Assembly: GCA_002269645.1 (NCBI GenBank)
Contig: NIVC01001257.1
Location: 248,001 to 312,000 of the forward strand
DNA: 64,000 bases
Direction of reading: 5' to 3'
Origin: Macrostomum lignano
Taxonomy: Eukaryota
The notes beneath the pieces are model-generated. The model ran no database searches, was not told the DNA's origin, and was given only the letters and a program-made list of their open reading frames with translations. A program made the translations under genes and the position numbers. Positions within the stretch are counted from its first letter, which is position 1. Every line of letters begins with the position of its first letter. Below, in pieces: positions 36,461 to 47,895 of the stretch.

Positions 36461-37630
36461 TTAGTCTTTGGATTGAACCACTCTATATAGCTTTTAATTG
36501 CAGATCTGGCCTAATTAGGGCAGGTAGAAAAATAATTATTTTTTTGTGATTAGGCCTAAGCAATTTACTTTCTCTCAATGCTTTTCTAGTCTTAAAACAA
36601 GGAAAAAACAAGGATATTTTATAAACAACTTTTAGACATTTACTAATAGCCATACATTCACAACTGCTAGCTAACCTAGCCAATCTAGCTATCATAAATT
36701 GTTATAGACCAAGGTTAAGTTATAGAATTAAATACTTCTCAAGATATTTTTTGACAATTAAAAAATTTGAAATATCATTTTTAAGTAGGCCCTAAATCAA
36801 AACTAAGTTAAATTTTTTTGTCAAAACTAAATAAAAATAGTTAAGTTAGTGATAAAAATTTCAAAGATTGCACATACAATGCTAATGACTATCTTAATGT
36901 TTTCTTATGCTACCCCTTTGGTTTATTATTGCTATCTTATTCTAAAACATCTACATTTTGATCCCTAGATCCTAAAAAGGCTGGACCAAAATGCTAATAT
37001 TCTAATAATAATATTATCCGCTACTTTATTAGTAGCTTTACCTATTCTATGACAATAGCTCCTTAATGTAATGAAATAGTAAGCAAATTATTAGTGTAGG
37101 CACTAGATGCATTAGTGCATATGCGGTAGGCCCTAACGGCTACTTAAAATGGCAGTATGAGTAGAGTACTGTTACAATACAACTCGGACACATCCACATC
37201 GAAGTGAAGCCCGTTTTGGGTGATCGCAAGTTTTAAAAATCTTTTTAGACACTTTGTACACCAATCGTGTGATTTCATGCCTCATCTAAAAGCGATAAAA
37301 ACGAGCTTGTAGAAAATATTTTTCAATCCGTTATTTTGGCAAAGTTAATTTGTCTCAACCGAAGACCTAATTTGGACTTTTTCGCAGAAAGTCGCAAAAA
37401 TATTCTCAAAATTGTTTATTTAACTTTTAAAATAGATTTCTCTAAGCTTTAGGTGCTTCAGTCAGTAAAAGTCTTTAAGAACTTATAAAAGCAAAAAAGA
37501 CTTTTGTTTTAATGCATGTTACCATAGTGTAAAATCTGCATTTGACTCTTTGGATTTAAAATTATTATATATTAAAAAGTCTCGTATCTTACTGTCTACT
37601 TTTCCCAGTTTTGCAAGAGAACAGAGAAAA

Positions 37631-40600
37631 ATGGCGCACGAGGAGCAGGAAGACGTAGATTTCCAACAGCTAGAGGTGCAAAGCATCATCGGATTTAACG
37701 GTATGCTGTTCTTTTTAACATAATTAAAAAACTATGATTGGAACAAATCTGCTGATCTTAGAGAAATAAATAAATTAATGTAATAATTATAGCCGTAGGG
37801 AAAACCGATTTACAGATTTTCATTTACAAATTAAATATCAAATCAAGTGTGAGTCCAGTACTCAAGTGGATGAAAAAAGCAGATAATCTATTTATAACTA
37901 CGTAAAAACTCCAAATTGAATATTAGAAGTTCAAACTTACCTGCAAAATAATTAAAACATTAGGCTTGTCACTTGGTCTGGAAGAAGTAGAATAATGCAA
38001 TTAAACTATTAGATTAAATTATAGGATTTAGCAATATTCAATTTCAAGGCTTTGTACCAGCGTATGTTGACGTAAAGCAAGTTTTATACGCTTTAAAAAA
38101 TGTTAAAGGAAGCGTCCTGGGCGGCTTGAATATCCACCCTGACAAGCAGCACCAGATCTACTCCATCGGATCTACACTGGTGGTGGAGGATCTGCAGAGC
38201 AGGAAGCAGGAATTCCTGCATGGCCACCACAGCGACATCGCCTGCATCACCATCTCGAGGAGCGGCCGCTTCATTGCTAGCGGTCAGATCACCCATATGG
38301 GGTTTAAGGTAATCTTTGTTTATCTATTTTGCATCTGTTCTAGCTTAAGAATGTCAATAATTTATACTAAATTAAAATTCTCACTTGCAGGCGGACATTA
38401 TTGTGTGGGACTTCAACACTCGCACGGAGTTTGCTCGATTCGTTCTGCACAAGGTGAAGATTCAAGGCCTGGCCTTCTCGCCCAATGACAAGTTCCTGGT
38501 CTCCCTAGGTGGCCAAGACGATGGAAGGTAAGAAACTGAGCATAAAAGTGAGCAAGATAGCCTGTTGCTGAGATCATCTTTCACGGCTAAATTTTTACCC
38601 GCAAATCTGAACTTTCCAGCGTCGTGGTCTGGTCCCTTGACAAGAAGGAAGCCATCTGTGGAAGTCCGGCTCAGTCGAAGAGTTCGGGCAACACAATGTG
38701 CCTGACTTACTCCAACAACACTGACTACCTGTTTGTGACCGCCGGAGAGTGAGTACTTGCATGCATTTCCATTCAACACCAGGGCCAGGGGGTGTTCAGC
38801 GGTGACGCGTTGAACATTCGCGGCAAAGTGAATGGTAATTGGTCAATGATTCACCCATAGGGGGCCTTCACCCAAGGCCGCTGAGAGTGTGTTTGCCTGA
38901 CAATGGGGGTTGTCTGGAAGTGAGAATTCATGGTAATGGCCATAGACAATTTGGCCATTACCATGTTTTCTCACTTCCAGCTAACTTCCTTGGTCAAATT
39001 GTCCATCAGGATCAGAGTGGGAAGGGGGAATGGGGGTGTAGGGGCGAAGCCCCCACTTACAACCATAGACTATTTTAGTTTACGCTCATAGACTCGTTCG
39101 TTTTCTAAAATGATATCCCGGTAAATTGCTTTATTGTCTGTTTCAAACAATTACCGGTCATTTCTTGAATGTCATTGCCTTAACGTAAATTACCATAATT
39201 TTGAACAATAGGAAAGTCAGGATTGCTGTACACCCTGCGTGTGCGTGCTGCTAGCTAACCAAATTTAGGATGGACAATTCCGCGACTAGACTATACATGC
39301 GCTAAACTATTGGGTGAGCATGAATCCCTTCATCGCCAACACTTTCACTTAGCAACAACCTGCGCGTATGGGAGCTGGACGTGGAGAACCGCAAGGTTCG
39401 TCCCACGGACGTCGGCACCGGCCAGACTAAGCGCATCATCACCTGCATGTCGCTGACACTGGACGACAAGACCCTGTACTGCGGCACCACCACTGGCGAC
39501 GTGCTTGGCATCAATATGGAGAGTCGGCTGTTTCAGCACATCGGCCCGGAGAAGGAGAAATTCTCTCTTGGCGTCACGGCGATCGCCCTGCTGGAGACTG
39601 GCGAGTTCCTCATCGGCGCCGGCGACGGCACGGTCCAGATCATGCGAGCCAGCGAGCAGGCGGCCCCCGGCGGCAAGAAGGCTCTGAAGTTCGTCAAGAC
39701 TAAGTAAGCAGGACTATATATACTGTTCTTTAGTCTTAATACGATTTTTTAGTCCTAATCTTAATTAGTGGACATTATACATGCAGCTGGATTCGTGTAT
39801 CGTAAATATTACTTTGGCTGAATCACGTGTATTTGGTGCATTGGGTGTATTTGCACTGTAGTACTTGCACTGAACGTCGTACATTTCCGGCCGAAAATTC
39901 CAGGAAACAGCAGAAGTTGGAGAGCGGAGTAACCAGCATCTCGCTGCGCGGTCGCGGTCACGAGTTCTTTGTCGCCACGGAGAAGAGCCAGATCTACAAG
40001 TTCAACTTGGCTGATTTTAGTCACACCTTGGTGAACACGTGCCACTATTCGGCTATCAACGACATTGCCTTCCCATTGTGAGTGACTTATTTTTGTTACA
40101 TATTGCAGTTGTTTTACTTCTTGTTTTTTCTTTCTCTGGTTGTACTTTTTTATTGTTAGCTACCCGTATCAGCTTTATTATATTTTGCTATCTTATTATT
40201 GCGATCTGTCACATTTATTTGAACTACTTTAGAATCGAGGCGAGGGTAGCGGAGCTTAATGAAGGAGAAGGGTAATGAAGGGTAGCAGAGGCTCAATGAA
40301 GATTGGGGTGGGGTAGCGGAGGCTCAATGAAGGATTGGGGTGGGGTAGCAGAGGCTCAATGAAGGATTGGGGTGGGGTAGCAGAGGCTCAATGAAGGATT
40401 GGGGTGGGGTAGCAGAGGCTCAATGAAGGATTGGGGTGGGGTAGCAGAGGCTCAATGAAGGATTGGGGTGGGGTAGCAGAGGCTCAATGAAGATTGGGGT
40501 GGGGTAGCAGAGGCTCAATGAAGATTGGGGTGGGGTAGCGGAGGCTCAATGAAGATTGGGGTGGGGTAGCGGAGGCTCAATGAAGATTGGGGTGGGGTAG

Positions 40601-43472
40601 CGGAGGCTCAATGAAGATTGGGGTGGGGTAGCGGAGGCTGGGGTAGCAGAGCACAATGAAGGATTGGGGTGGGGTACCGGAGGCTCATTGAAGGATTGGG
40701 GTGGGTTACCGGAGGCTCATTGAAGGATTGGGGTGGTGTAGCGTAAGCTCAATAAGTATTGCGGTGGGTAGCGGAAGGTTCAATGAATGATGAGGTGGGT
40801 AGCGGAGGCTCAATGAATTATCGGTAGAGCAGTAAGAGCACACGAAGTAGAATTCTTTTCTGTACAGACGCACTTCCATCACTCATGCAGAGCAGTTGCT
40901 CGCTTGGCACAAATTTAGGAAGGATATTTAATGTACACTATCTCTTTTTCCGATTATTATTACTATAATTAAAAATGACATGACGTTAAAGTCATTACAT
41001 GACTTCAAATTATCAAAACTTGCTCGCCTCCTAGGCTGTGCGAAAACGTTGACGGAAAGAACAGGATGTTGTAAGTATTTGACCAGGACTATTGCATCCG
41101 TCACATATCATTGCTTAAAGTGTGGCTAAAGCAGTATTTGCCGCTTAATTGCTTTGTAACAATTTAAAAAACACTGTTACTGGTTAGACAAGAAGTATAG
41201 GGAATGGAAAACTAATTGTTGATTCAACGTGCAAAATATTCGCCCTCCACGTGCGACAATTATAACTTGTTTGCTCTCTCGCTCGCTCTAACCGCTTTTT
41301 GTGCAGTGCAGCTCGTGCATTCAGTCAGTAAATTTATTCCGTCTAATAAATTCAATAAAGCCTAATTGTTCAGGCTTGCTCGGTGTATTATAATGAGCCT
41401 AAAACTTACATGTAGGAGGTAGGCTTGAAAGAACTTTCTCTGCGCAAATCTTGCCAAAAAGGCCTGGTAATGTAGCGTAGGAATCAACGAACTGCATGGA
41501 TACTTTAGCGGGGCCGCACAGTTAGCTATAGATTAGCAAATAGCCATATTAATAAAATATGAGACTACTTAAACATTAGTAATGGTAGCATTCTTCTTTC
41601 AACATGCAATACGAGTAGTTATTTGCCGTACTGTCAACACCAAAGTGGTATCGGAGGGGTCTTTATAAAATCAATAGATATGCCCCCAACACCCCTTTAC
41701 CCCAATCATAACAGGCAGCCTTCCCCTCGGCCCGGTGGAGAAAGAGCTAGAAGGGGTAGAAAATAGACTATCGATTAAAGCAGGGTGTATGTACGCAGCG
41801 AGGGCGGGGGTTAGAAAGACGAACTTATCAAATGTACATTGAGTCAGCAAGGAAGCGAAGATAAGATAATAGAATTACAAGGCTAAGATAGACAACAGCT
41901 AGCTTTCTAAAGTATAAAAAACCAGCTACAAACAATCAATACTAGGAGAATTTGGTGTGGATGACTTTTTGCGCATGTAAAGTAGTGACGTCATTATACA
42001 AATATTATTGTGATTGAACTAATTTGTTTCCAATAATCCATATCCAGGCTTGCGTTGGTTAGACTAACAAAATCATCAAGGCTTTGAGTATTCTGTGCAA
42101 TGAAATACGTTGCTAACTTGATGAAATATTCGGATGAATGCTCGATATTTATTTCATGATTATTGGTTTGCCCGATAAAAATTCAATTGTGTTCTAACTC
42201 CTAATTCGAAAACATTTTTTCGCTCTCTGACACGCCGTTAAACTTCCATTCCAATTCCAGCGGCACCTCCGACCTGTTCGCCACTTGCTCCTACCAGGAC
42301 ATCCGGGTGTGGCACACGCCCTCCCAGAAGGAGCTGCTGCGCATCACCGTGCCCAACATGACCTGCTTCGCCATCGATTTCCTGCGCGACGGTAGCGGCA
42401 TTGTATCCGGCTGGGACGACAGCAAGATCCGCGTGTTCTTCCCCGAGACCGGCCGGCTGATGTACGCCATCAACGACGCGCACAAAAAAGGCGTCACGGC
42501 CATCACGGCCACGTCCGACTGCAGCCGGATCATCTCCGGCGGCGGCGAGGGCCACGTTCGCGTCTGGCGCGTCGAGGAACGCATCGCCAAGTCCGGCCAG
42601 AAGACATTCGTCACCGAGCTCGAGGAGGCACTGAAGGAGCACGCCAACGCCGTGTCCTGCATCCGGGTGTCCAAGGACAACACTCAGTGCGTGTCCGCCT
42701 CATCTGATGGCAGCTGCATCGTCTGGGATCTCAGGTAAGCCAACAGGATGACCGTAGTAATGAGTAGGGACCTCAGGTTAGTGCAGCGCATGTAGCGACA
42801 AACCAGATGTTGTGTTGACCATAGCTCGAACGACACTATCACCAAGTTTATCTACTTTAAACTTTATCTACCAATACGAATGATGATGCACTCCGTTACC
42901 ACCGCAGATCCTTCCGCCGCAAGCAGATCATGTTTGCCAACACGCTGTTCCGCTGCGTCTGCTTCGAACCGGAAGAGTGCCAGGTGATCACCAGCGGCAC
43001 GGACAGGAAAATCTGCTACTGGGAGCTGTACGACGGCACCCTCATCCGCGAGCTGGACGGCTCCCGGTCCGGCTCCGTGAACGGCATGGACATCAGCCTG
43101 GATGGCCAGTATTATGTCACCGCTGGAGACGACAAGATTGTCAAGGTGAGTTATGTACTCAACGCGAAGTTGAATTGTGTGGTACGAGTACATCAGCGCA
43201 ACATGGGCTCCCATCTAGTCCTTGACCTTGCGTGAAACATTCATTAATAAGCTGTTGAAGATCTAGTCTAGGACCCGTAGCTCATCATTAGCACTTCATA
43301 AATCCTATAATTTAATCCCCTACAGGTGTGGCGCTACGCCGAAGGTGACGTCACCCACGTGGGCCAGGGCCACAGCTCGCCGATCATGCGGGCCAAGATC
43401 TGCCCGAACAACCGCCTCATCGTGACCGTCTCAGACGATGGCGGCATCTTCGTGTGGAAATTTCCCTACTAA
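37631..43472 (+). CDS. CFAP52: Cilia- and flagella-associated protein 52 (WDR16), WD40 repeat protein, 9 coding exons
   Basis: Exons 37631-37700, 38109-38308, 38391-38527, 38620-38748, 39353-39703, 39904-40077, 42261-42734, 42908-43145 and 43326-43472, all GT-AG and phase-consistent. Motifs IIGFNG, IASGQITHMGFKAD, ELLRITVPNMTC, SGTDRKI and RELDGSRSGSVNGMDI. Confidence 0.96.
40285..40815. repeat. 31/32-bp minisatellite (GTAGCAGAGGCTCAATGAAGGATTGGGGTGGG)n in CFAP52 intron 6
   Basis: Tandem units, degenerating at both ends. Confidence 0.93.
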
Positions 43473-44134
43473 CTAAAAAACCGAAAAATCGGCAAGCAAC
43501 CAAACTAATCTACTAATAGTAGGAAAGATGCGCGCACGAGTTGAAATTCCAGATCTCGTAAAGAGAAAATTTTGGAGAAACTTGGTGATACAGCGAAATT
43601 GTAAAGCTGAATGCGAATGCCTATGGTTCTAATTTTTAATGTTCAGATAGTTTTATATTTTTATTACCGTGATCTCTTTGTTGGCGTGGATCGTTATTGT
43701 TATTTTGTTACTTGCGATAATTATTTCCCCTTTCTCGAGTTCCCGTTTTTCGATATTTTATTGATGATAAAAGTTTTGCGCGTTTTGTTTTTGTTCTTTT
43801 TTGTGTCCTAAGACTTCGACAATAATTACGACCGTGTACTTTTTTGAAAGATTGTTGACACCTGTAAAACCATTTGCTGCTTCTGCTCTGTTTCCGAATA
43901 TTAAGCACAGTTTATTTACAATTACGGAATAAAAAGTAATAGATTAGTTGTTGACACAGAGAATGAGTTTGCTTAAATAACATTGTTTATTTGATTTTTT
44001 AAAGATTGCTATCAAGTCTTGGAAATCGCTGGATCGAGATGAGATGCAATTGGAAGAGTAGGCGGCTCTGAGCTGCACGCTTCAATAATTTATTCACTGA
44101 AGTGTCACGAATATCATATTCATGTACATGTAAG

Positions 44135-44510
44135 CGTCACAATCCCATTCAGGTAAGGGTCACAATCCCATTCAGTTAAGGGTCACAATCCCCTTCAGGT
44201 AAGGGTCACAATCCCATTCAGGTAAGGGTCACAATCCCATTCAGGTAAGGGTCACAATCCCCTTCAGGTAAGGGTCACAATCCCCTTCAGTTAAGGGTCA
44301 CAATCCCCTTCAGGTAAGGGTCACAATCCCCTTCAGGTAAGGGTCATAATCCCATTCAGGTAAGGGTCACAATCCCCTTCAGGTAAGGGTCACAATCCCA
44401 TTCAGGTAAGGGTCACAATCCCTTCAGGTAAGGGTCACAATCCCCTTCAGGTAAGGGTCACAATCCCCTTCAGGTAAGGGTCACAATCCCCTTCAGGTAA
44501 GCGTCATAAT
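44135..44510. repeat. 23-bp minisatellite (TCACAATCCCCTTCAGGTAAGGG)n
   Basis: About 16 tandem units. Confidence 0.95.
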
Positions 44511-44724
44511 CTTCACAAAGCAACGATCCTTGAATTTGATAGACTTAAGACAAGGATCACTAGAAGTTACTTCTGTCTGTGGTACTTCTAGTGGTCCTTG
44601 ACTTAAAATTCGCGAGCTCGATATGCCAACATACATTTGAAAATCAAGCGTTCAGAAAGAGAGCAAAATCGAGAAGGATGAGCAAATTTTTAAAGGGAAT
44701 GCAGGAAAAGCAACTCTAAGGGCA

Positions 44725-44843
44725 TCAGCTTCGACTGACAGTCAGTGCGGGTCTGCCGAGGTCCGTTTGGTCCGAGCGCTGCGACGAACTGCCGGAGCGC
44801 ATCGACACGACGGAGCCGTAGAGCGGCTTGCGCTGGAGGAAAC
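44725..44843 (-). CDS. Probable terminal exon of the orphan GPCR (Ser/Thr-rich tail)
   Basis: Acceptor TCTCCAG at 44850-44844; the phase-1 join gives GFLQRKPLYGSVVSMRSGSSSQRSDQTDLGRPALTVSRS*. Confidence 0.65.
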
Positions 44844-45107
44844 CTGGAGACGATAATGGCGCGGGAGGGAATCCCTGAGCTGATTAATCAAGCTGGATGG
44901 GTTAAATCAAAGTCTCAGTAAAAATACCAAGGTTTAACAGTTGTTTGACGTTGTTTGACGTTGTTTGTTTGATCTTGGGTTCGTTTCGGTGTGCGACCAC
45001 GTTAATTCGGTGATTGTGCTGGGAAACTGACCCAAGGCTTGTGGTGCGATTACCACACACGAGGGCCAGCCCCAACCCAATGAATAATATCTTATAAATA
45101 TTCGCTT

Positions 45108-45412
45108 GTGTTCAGTGGTCAGGTCGTGTTCAGTGGTCAGGTCGTGTTCAGTGGTCAGGTCGTGTTCAGTGGTCAGGTCGTGTTCAGTGGTCAGGTCGTG
45201 TTCAGTGGTCAGGTCGTGTTCAGTGGTCAGGTCGTGTTCAGTGGTCAGGTCGTGTTCAGTGGTCAGGTCGTGTTCAGTGGTCAGGTCGTGTTCAGTGGTC
45301 AGGTCGTGTTCAGTGGTCAGTCAGGTCGTGTTCAGTGGTCAGTCAGGTCGTGTTCAGTGGTCAGTCAGGTCGTGTTCAGTGGTCAGTCAGGTCGTGTTCA
45401 GTGGTCAGGTCG
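45108..45412. repeat. 18/22-bp minisatellite (GTGTTCAGTGGTCAGGTC)n
   Basis: Tandem units in the predicted last intron of the orphan GPCR. Confidence 0.95.
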
Positions 45413-45478
45413 TGGCCAGTGGCCTTGGTCCCCACGAGTGCCAATTTCGCTCTAACACAACTTCTTCAGCGCAATTAC

Positions 45479-46523
45479 CTGGGCATCGAATGCTTTTCGA
45501 CAATCGCTGACGGAAGGCGACTCTCAGGTACGGGGCGCTCATGCCGTAGGCGAATATGTTGAAGGCGTTGTGCAGCAGCATGACGAAGTGGGTGACGTGG
45601 GCCCAGTAGTTCAGCAGGGTGCCATTGCCGTTGCTCAGCTCCTCGATCACGTTGTACTGGTTGATGTCGTCAGAGTGGGCGGCCTCAATCAGCTGCACGA
45701 CGGTGTTGGGCGCGGTGAAGACGAGGAACACCGAGGACAGGATGGTCAGCGAGCCGAACAGCTGGCGACCGTCCGCCGCGCCACCGGAGCTGCTGCTGGC
45801 CGACGCCTGACGAAGGTGACGGCGACGGAGCGCCAGCAGGGCGCAGTTGCAGACCAAGATGACGGCCAGAGGCAGGACGGGGAACACCAGCGCCAGCCAG
45901 AGCTTCTCGGTTTTGTACGTCATGAACAGCCAGTCCCGACGCCAGCACTGCACAAAGAAGTCCGCCGGCACGAGCACCACGCGGCGTCGGTTGAGCAGCA
46001 GCGGTGAGCAGAGCGCGGCGACAACAACCAGGACCATGGCGATTGTCAGGCGGTGCCACCGTCGCGAGCTCAGCCTGGGACTGAACGGCATCAGAACGGA
46101 GAACACTTTGGCCACGGCTAGAGCCGCCACAGTCCAAGCGGCTGCTGCGGCGAAGTACACCTCGAAGAAGGTCAGCAGTCGGCAGGCCAGGGTGGAGCTC
46201 TGGCGCAACAGGGTGTCGTAGTGCAGCGACAGTGTGGTGGGCAGCAGGTTGCACCACAGACACAGCAAGTCCAGCACCGACAGGGCGAGAAAGTACAGAC
46301 AGGCGCAGCTCTCGGACAGCACCACCAGGCTGAACAGCAGGGCGAACAGGTTGCTGAAGGTGCCAACCAGCAGCAGGGCCGGATAGCCGCAGCGGATGAG
46401 GTCGGCCACGGAGCTGAGCTGGCCGGGGAGGGTGGCGCTCAGCCTCGGATCGATCCACATCCGGTTGGGCACTCGCAGCGCCTCGAAGTGGCCGTGCATC
46501 ACCGTGTCAACGAACTTGATCAC
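45479..46523 (-). CDS. Orphan rhodopsin-family 7TM receptor, main exon (peptide-receptor-like)
   Basis: Seven hydrophobic segments; GYPALLLVGTFSN (TM1), YFLALSVLDL (TM2), CRLLTFF (TM3), FLVFTAP (TM6), HNAFNIFAY (TM7). Donor G|GTAATT at 45479/45478. Confidence 0.88.
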
Positions 46524-46971
46524 CTTCGCGTGCGGGCATGGGTTGGGGGAGGAAGGCTTCCAAGGAATTCTCTATTTAGGACTAGTCCATTTGGGGAATT
46601 CCCCGTGATAAATTGCCCATTTAGGGAATTTCCCATTTTAGTTAGAGGCAGGGGCTGTGGGCACCGGCGAGAGGCATTGCTGCCCATTCCGCCGACTCCC
46701 CTGAGCAGGCACACAAGCGTGCGGGTACGTACGCAGTCATACGCACAGGCACGCACTCACACAAGAGTGTACAGCGGCCCTAACTTTATTTATGGTTAGG
46801 CAAGGCATGTACACTTCACTGCGCCTTGGGGGTTGGCCCTCAAGGGCGGTAATTGCAGAGCCAAGCCGAGATTCCAATTTAGCCCCAAATTAATGTGACT
46901 GCACTTGGAATAAATAGAGCCCGGACTGGGCTGAGCTTCAGAGCGCCGCCCACTAGGCTACGGCCCGAGGG

Positions 46972-47425
46972 AATTCCCCTTGAGAAATAGTCTATTTTAG
47001 GAATCCCCCATTAGAAATAATCTATTTTGGGAATCCCCCGTGAGAAATAATCTATTTTAGGAATCCCCATTAGAAATAATCTATTTTGGGAATTCCCCTT
47101 GAGAAATAATCTATTTTAGGAATCCCCCTTAGAAATAATCTATTTTGGGAATTCCCCTTGAGAAATAATCTATTTAGGGAATTCCCCATGAGAAATAATC
47201 TATTTAGGGAATTCCCCATGAGAAATAATCTGTTTGGGAAATCCCCCGTGAGAAATAATCTATTTAGGAAATCCCCGTGAGAAATAATCTATTTAGGGAA
47301 TCCCCCGTGAGAAATAATCTATTTAGGGAATCCCCGTGAGAAAAAAACTATTTAGGGAATTCCCCGTGAGAAATAATCTATTTAGGGAATTCCTCATGAG
47401 AAATAATCTATTTTCGGGATTCCCC
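46972..47425. repeat. 29/30-bp minisatellite (GAGAAATAATCTATTTAGGGAATTCCCCAT)n
   Basis: About 15 variable units; related fragments at 46560-46640. Confidence 0.92.
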
Positions 47426-47444
47426 AAGAGCCCCAGACTCCAAC

Positions 47445-47779
47445 CTTGTGAGTGCTGTTGAACTGCAGACAGGCGTCGCCATTGGCCACCACGTTGAGCA
47501 GTCGGGACTGCAGCTCGGCCGTGATGGTTGGCTGCCAGCTGTGCAGTAGCTGCTGCGGATTGGTCAGCTGGACCAACAGAGTTCGGCGACAGTCGGCTGG
47601 TACCGGAGCGTCCGGCAGGCGGTTCTGGGCGAACTCGGACAGGGTAGACTCACCCGGCTGGCCGGAGTGACGCAACAGGCTGCTGTAGGTCACTTCGGAT
47701 TTGCCGATGCGCAGGTACTGCTGAAGATACCTGCGTGCGCGATTGAATCGATAACTGGACTGGATGAAGTCATGGACTT
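47445..47779 (-). CDS. Probable upstream internal exon of the orphan GPCR gene (unknown domain)
   Basis: 335-bp GC-rich open frame between acceptor AAATAG and donor AAG|GTTGGA; phase 0 joins in frame to GAAG|GTGATC at 46523. Confidence 0.5.
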
Positions 47780-47895
47780 CTATTTGTTTCGCTTGGATTG
47801 GAAGCCAAATTGTTAGTGCTTTCAAAGTTCGGCCTACGCGTAAAGTAAAATTAAAAGAACAGCAAGAGCAAATCTTGTTTTCGTTATAATGCATT

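Noticed and set aside
45405-45478. ORF-track C-terminus of the orphan GPCR (NCAEEVVLERNWHSWGPRPLATT*)
   Set aside because: The stop comes from the satellite edge; a good donor at 45478 and an in-phase exon at 44843-44725 give a more plausible tail.
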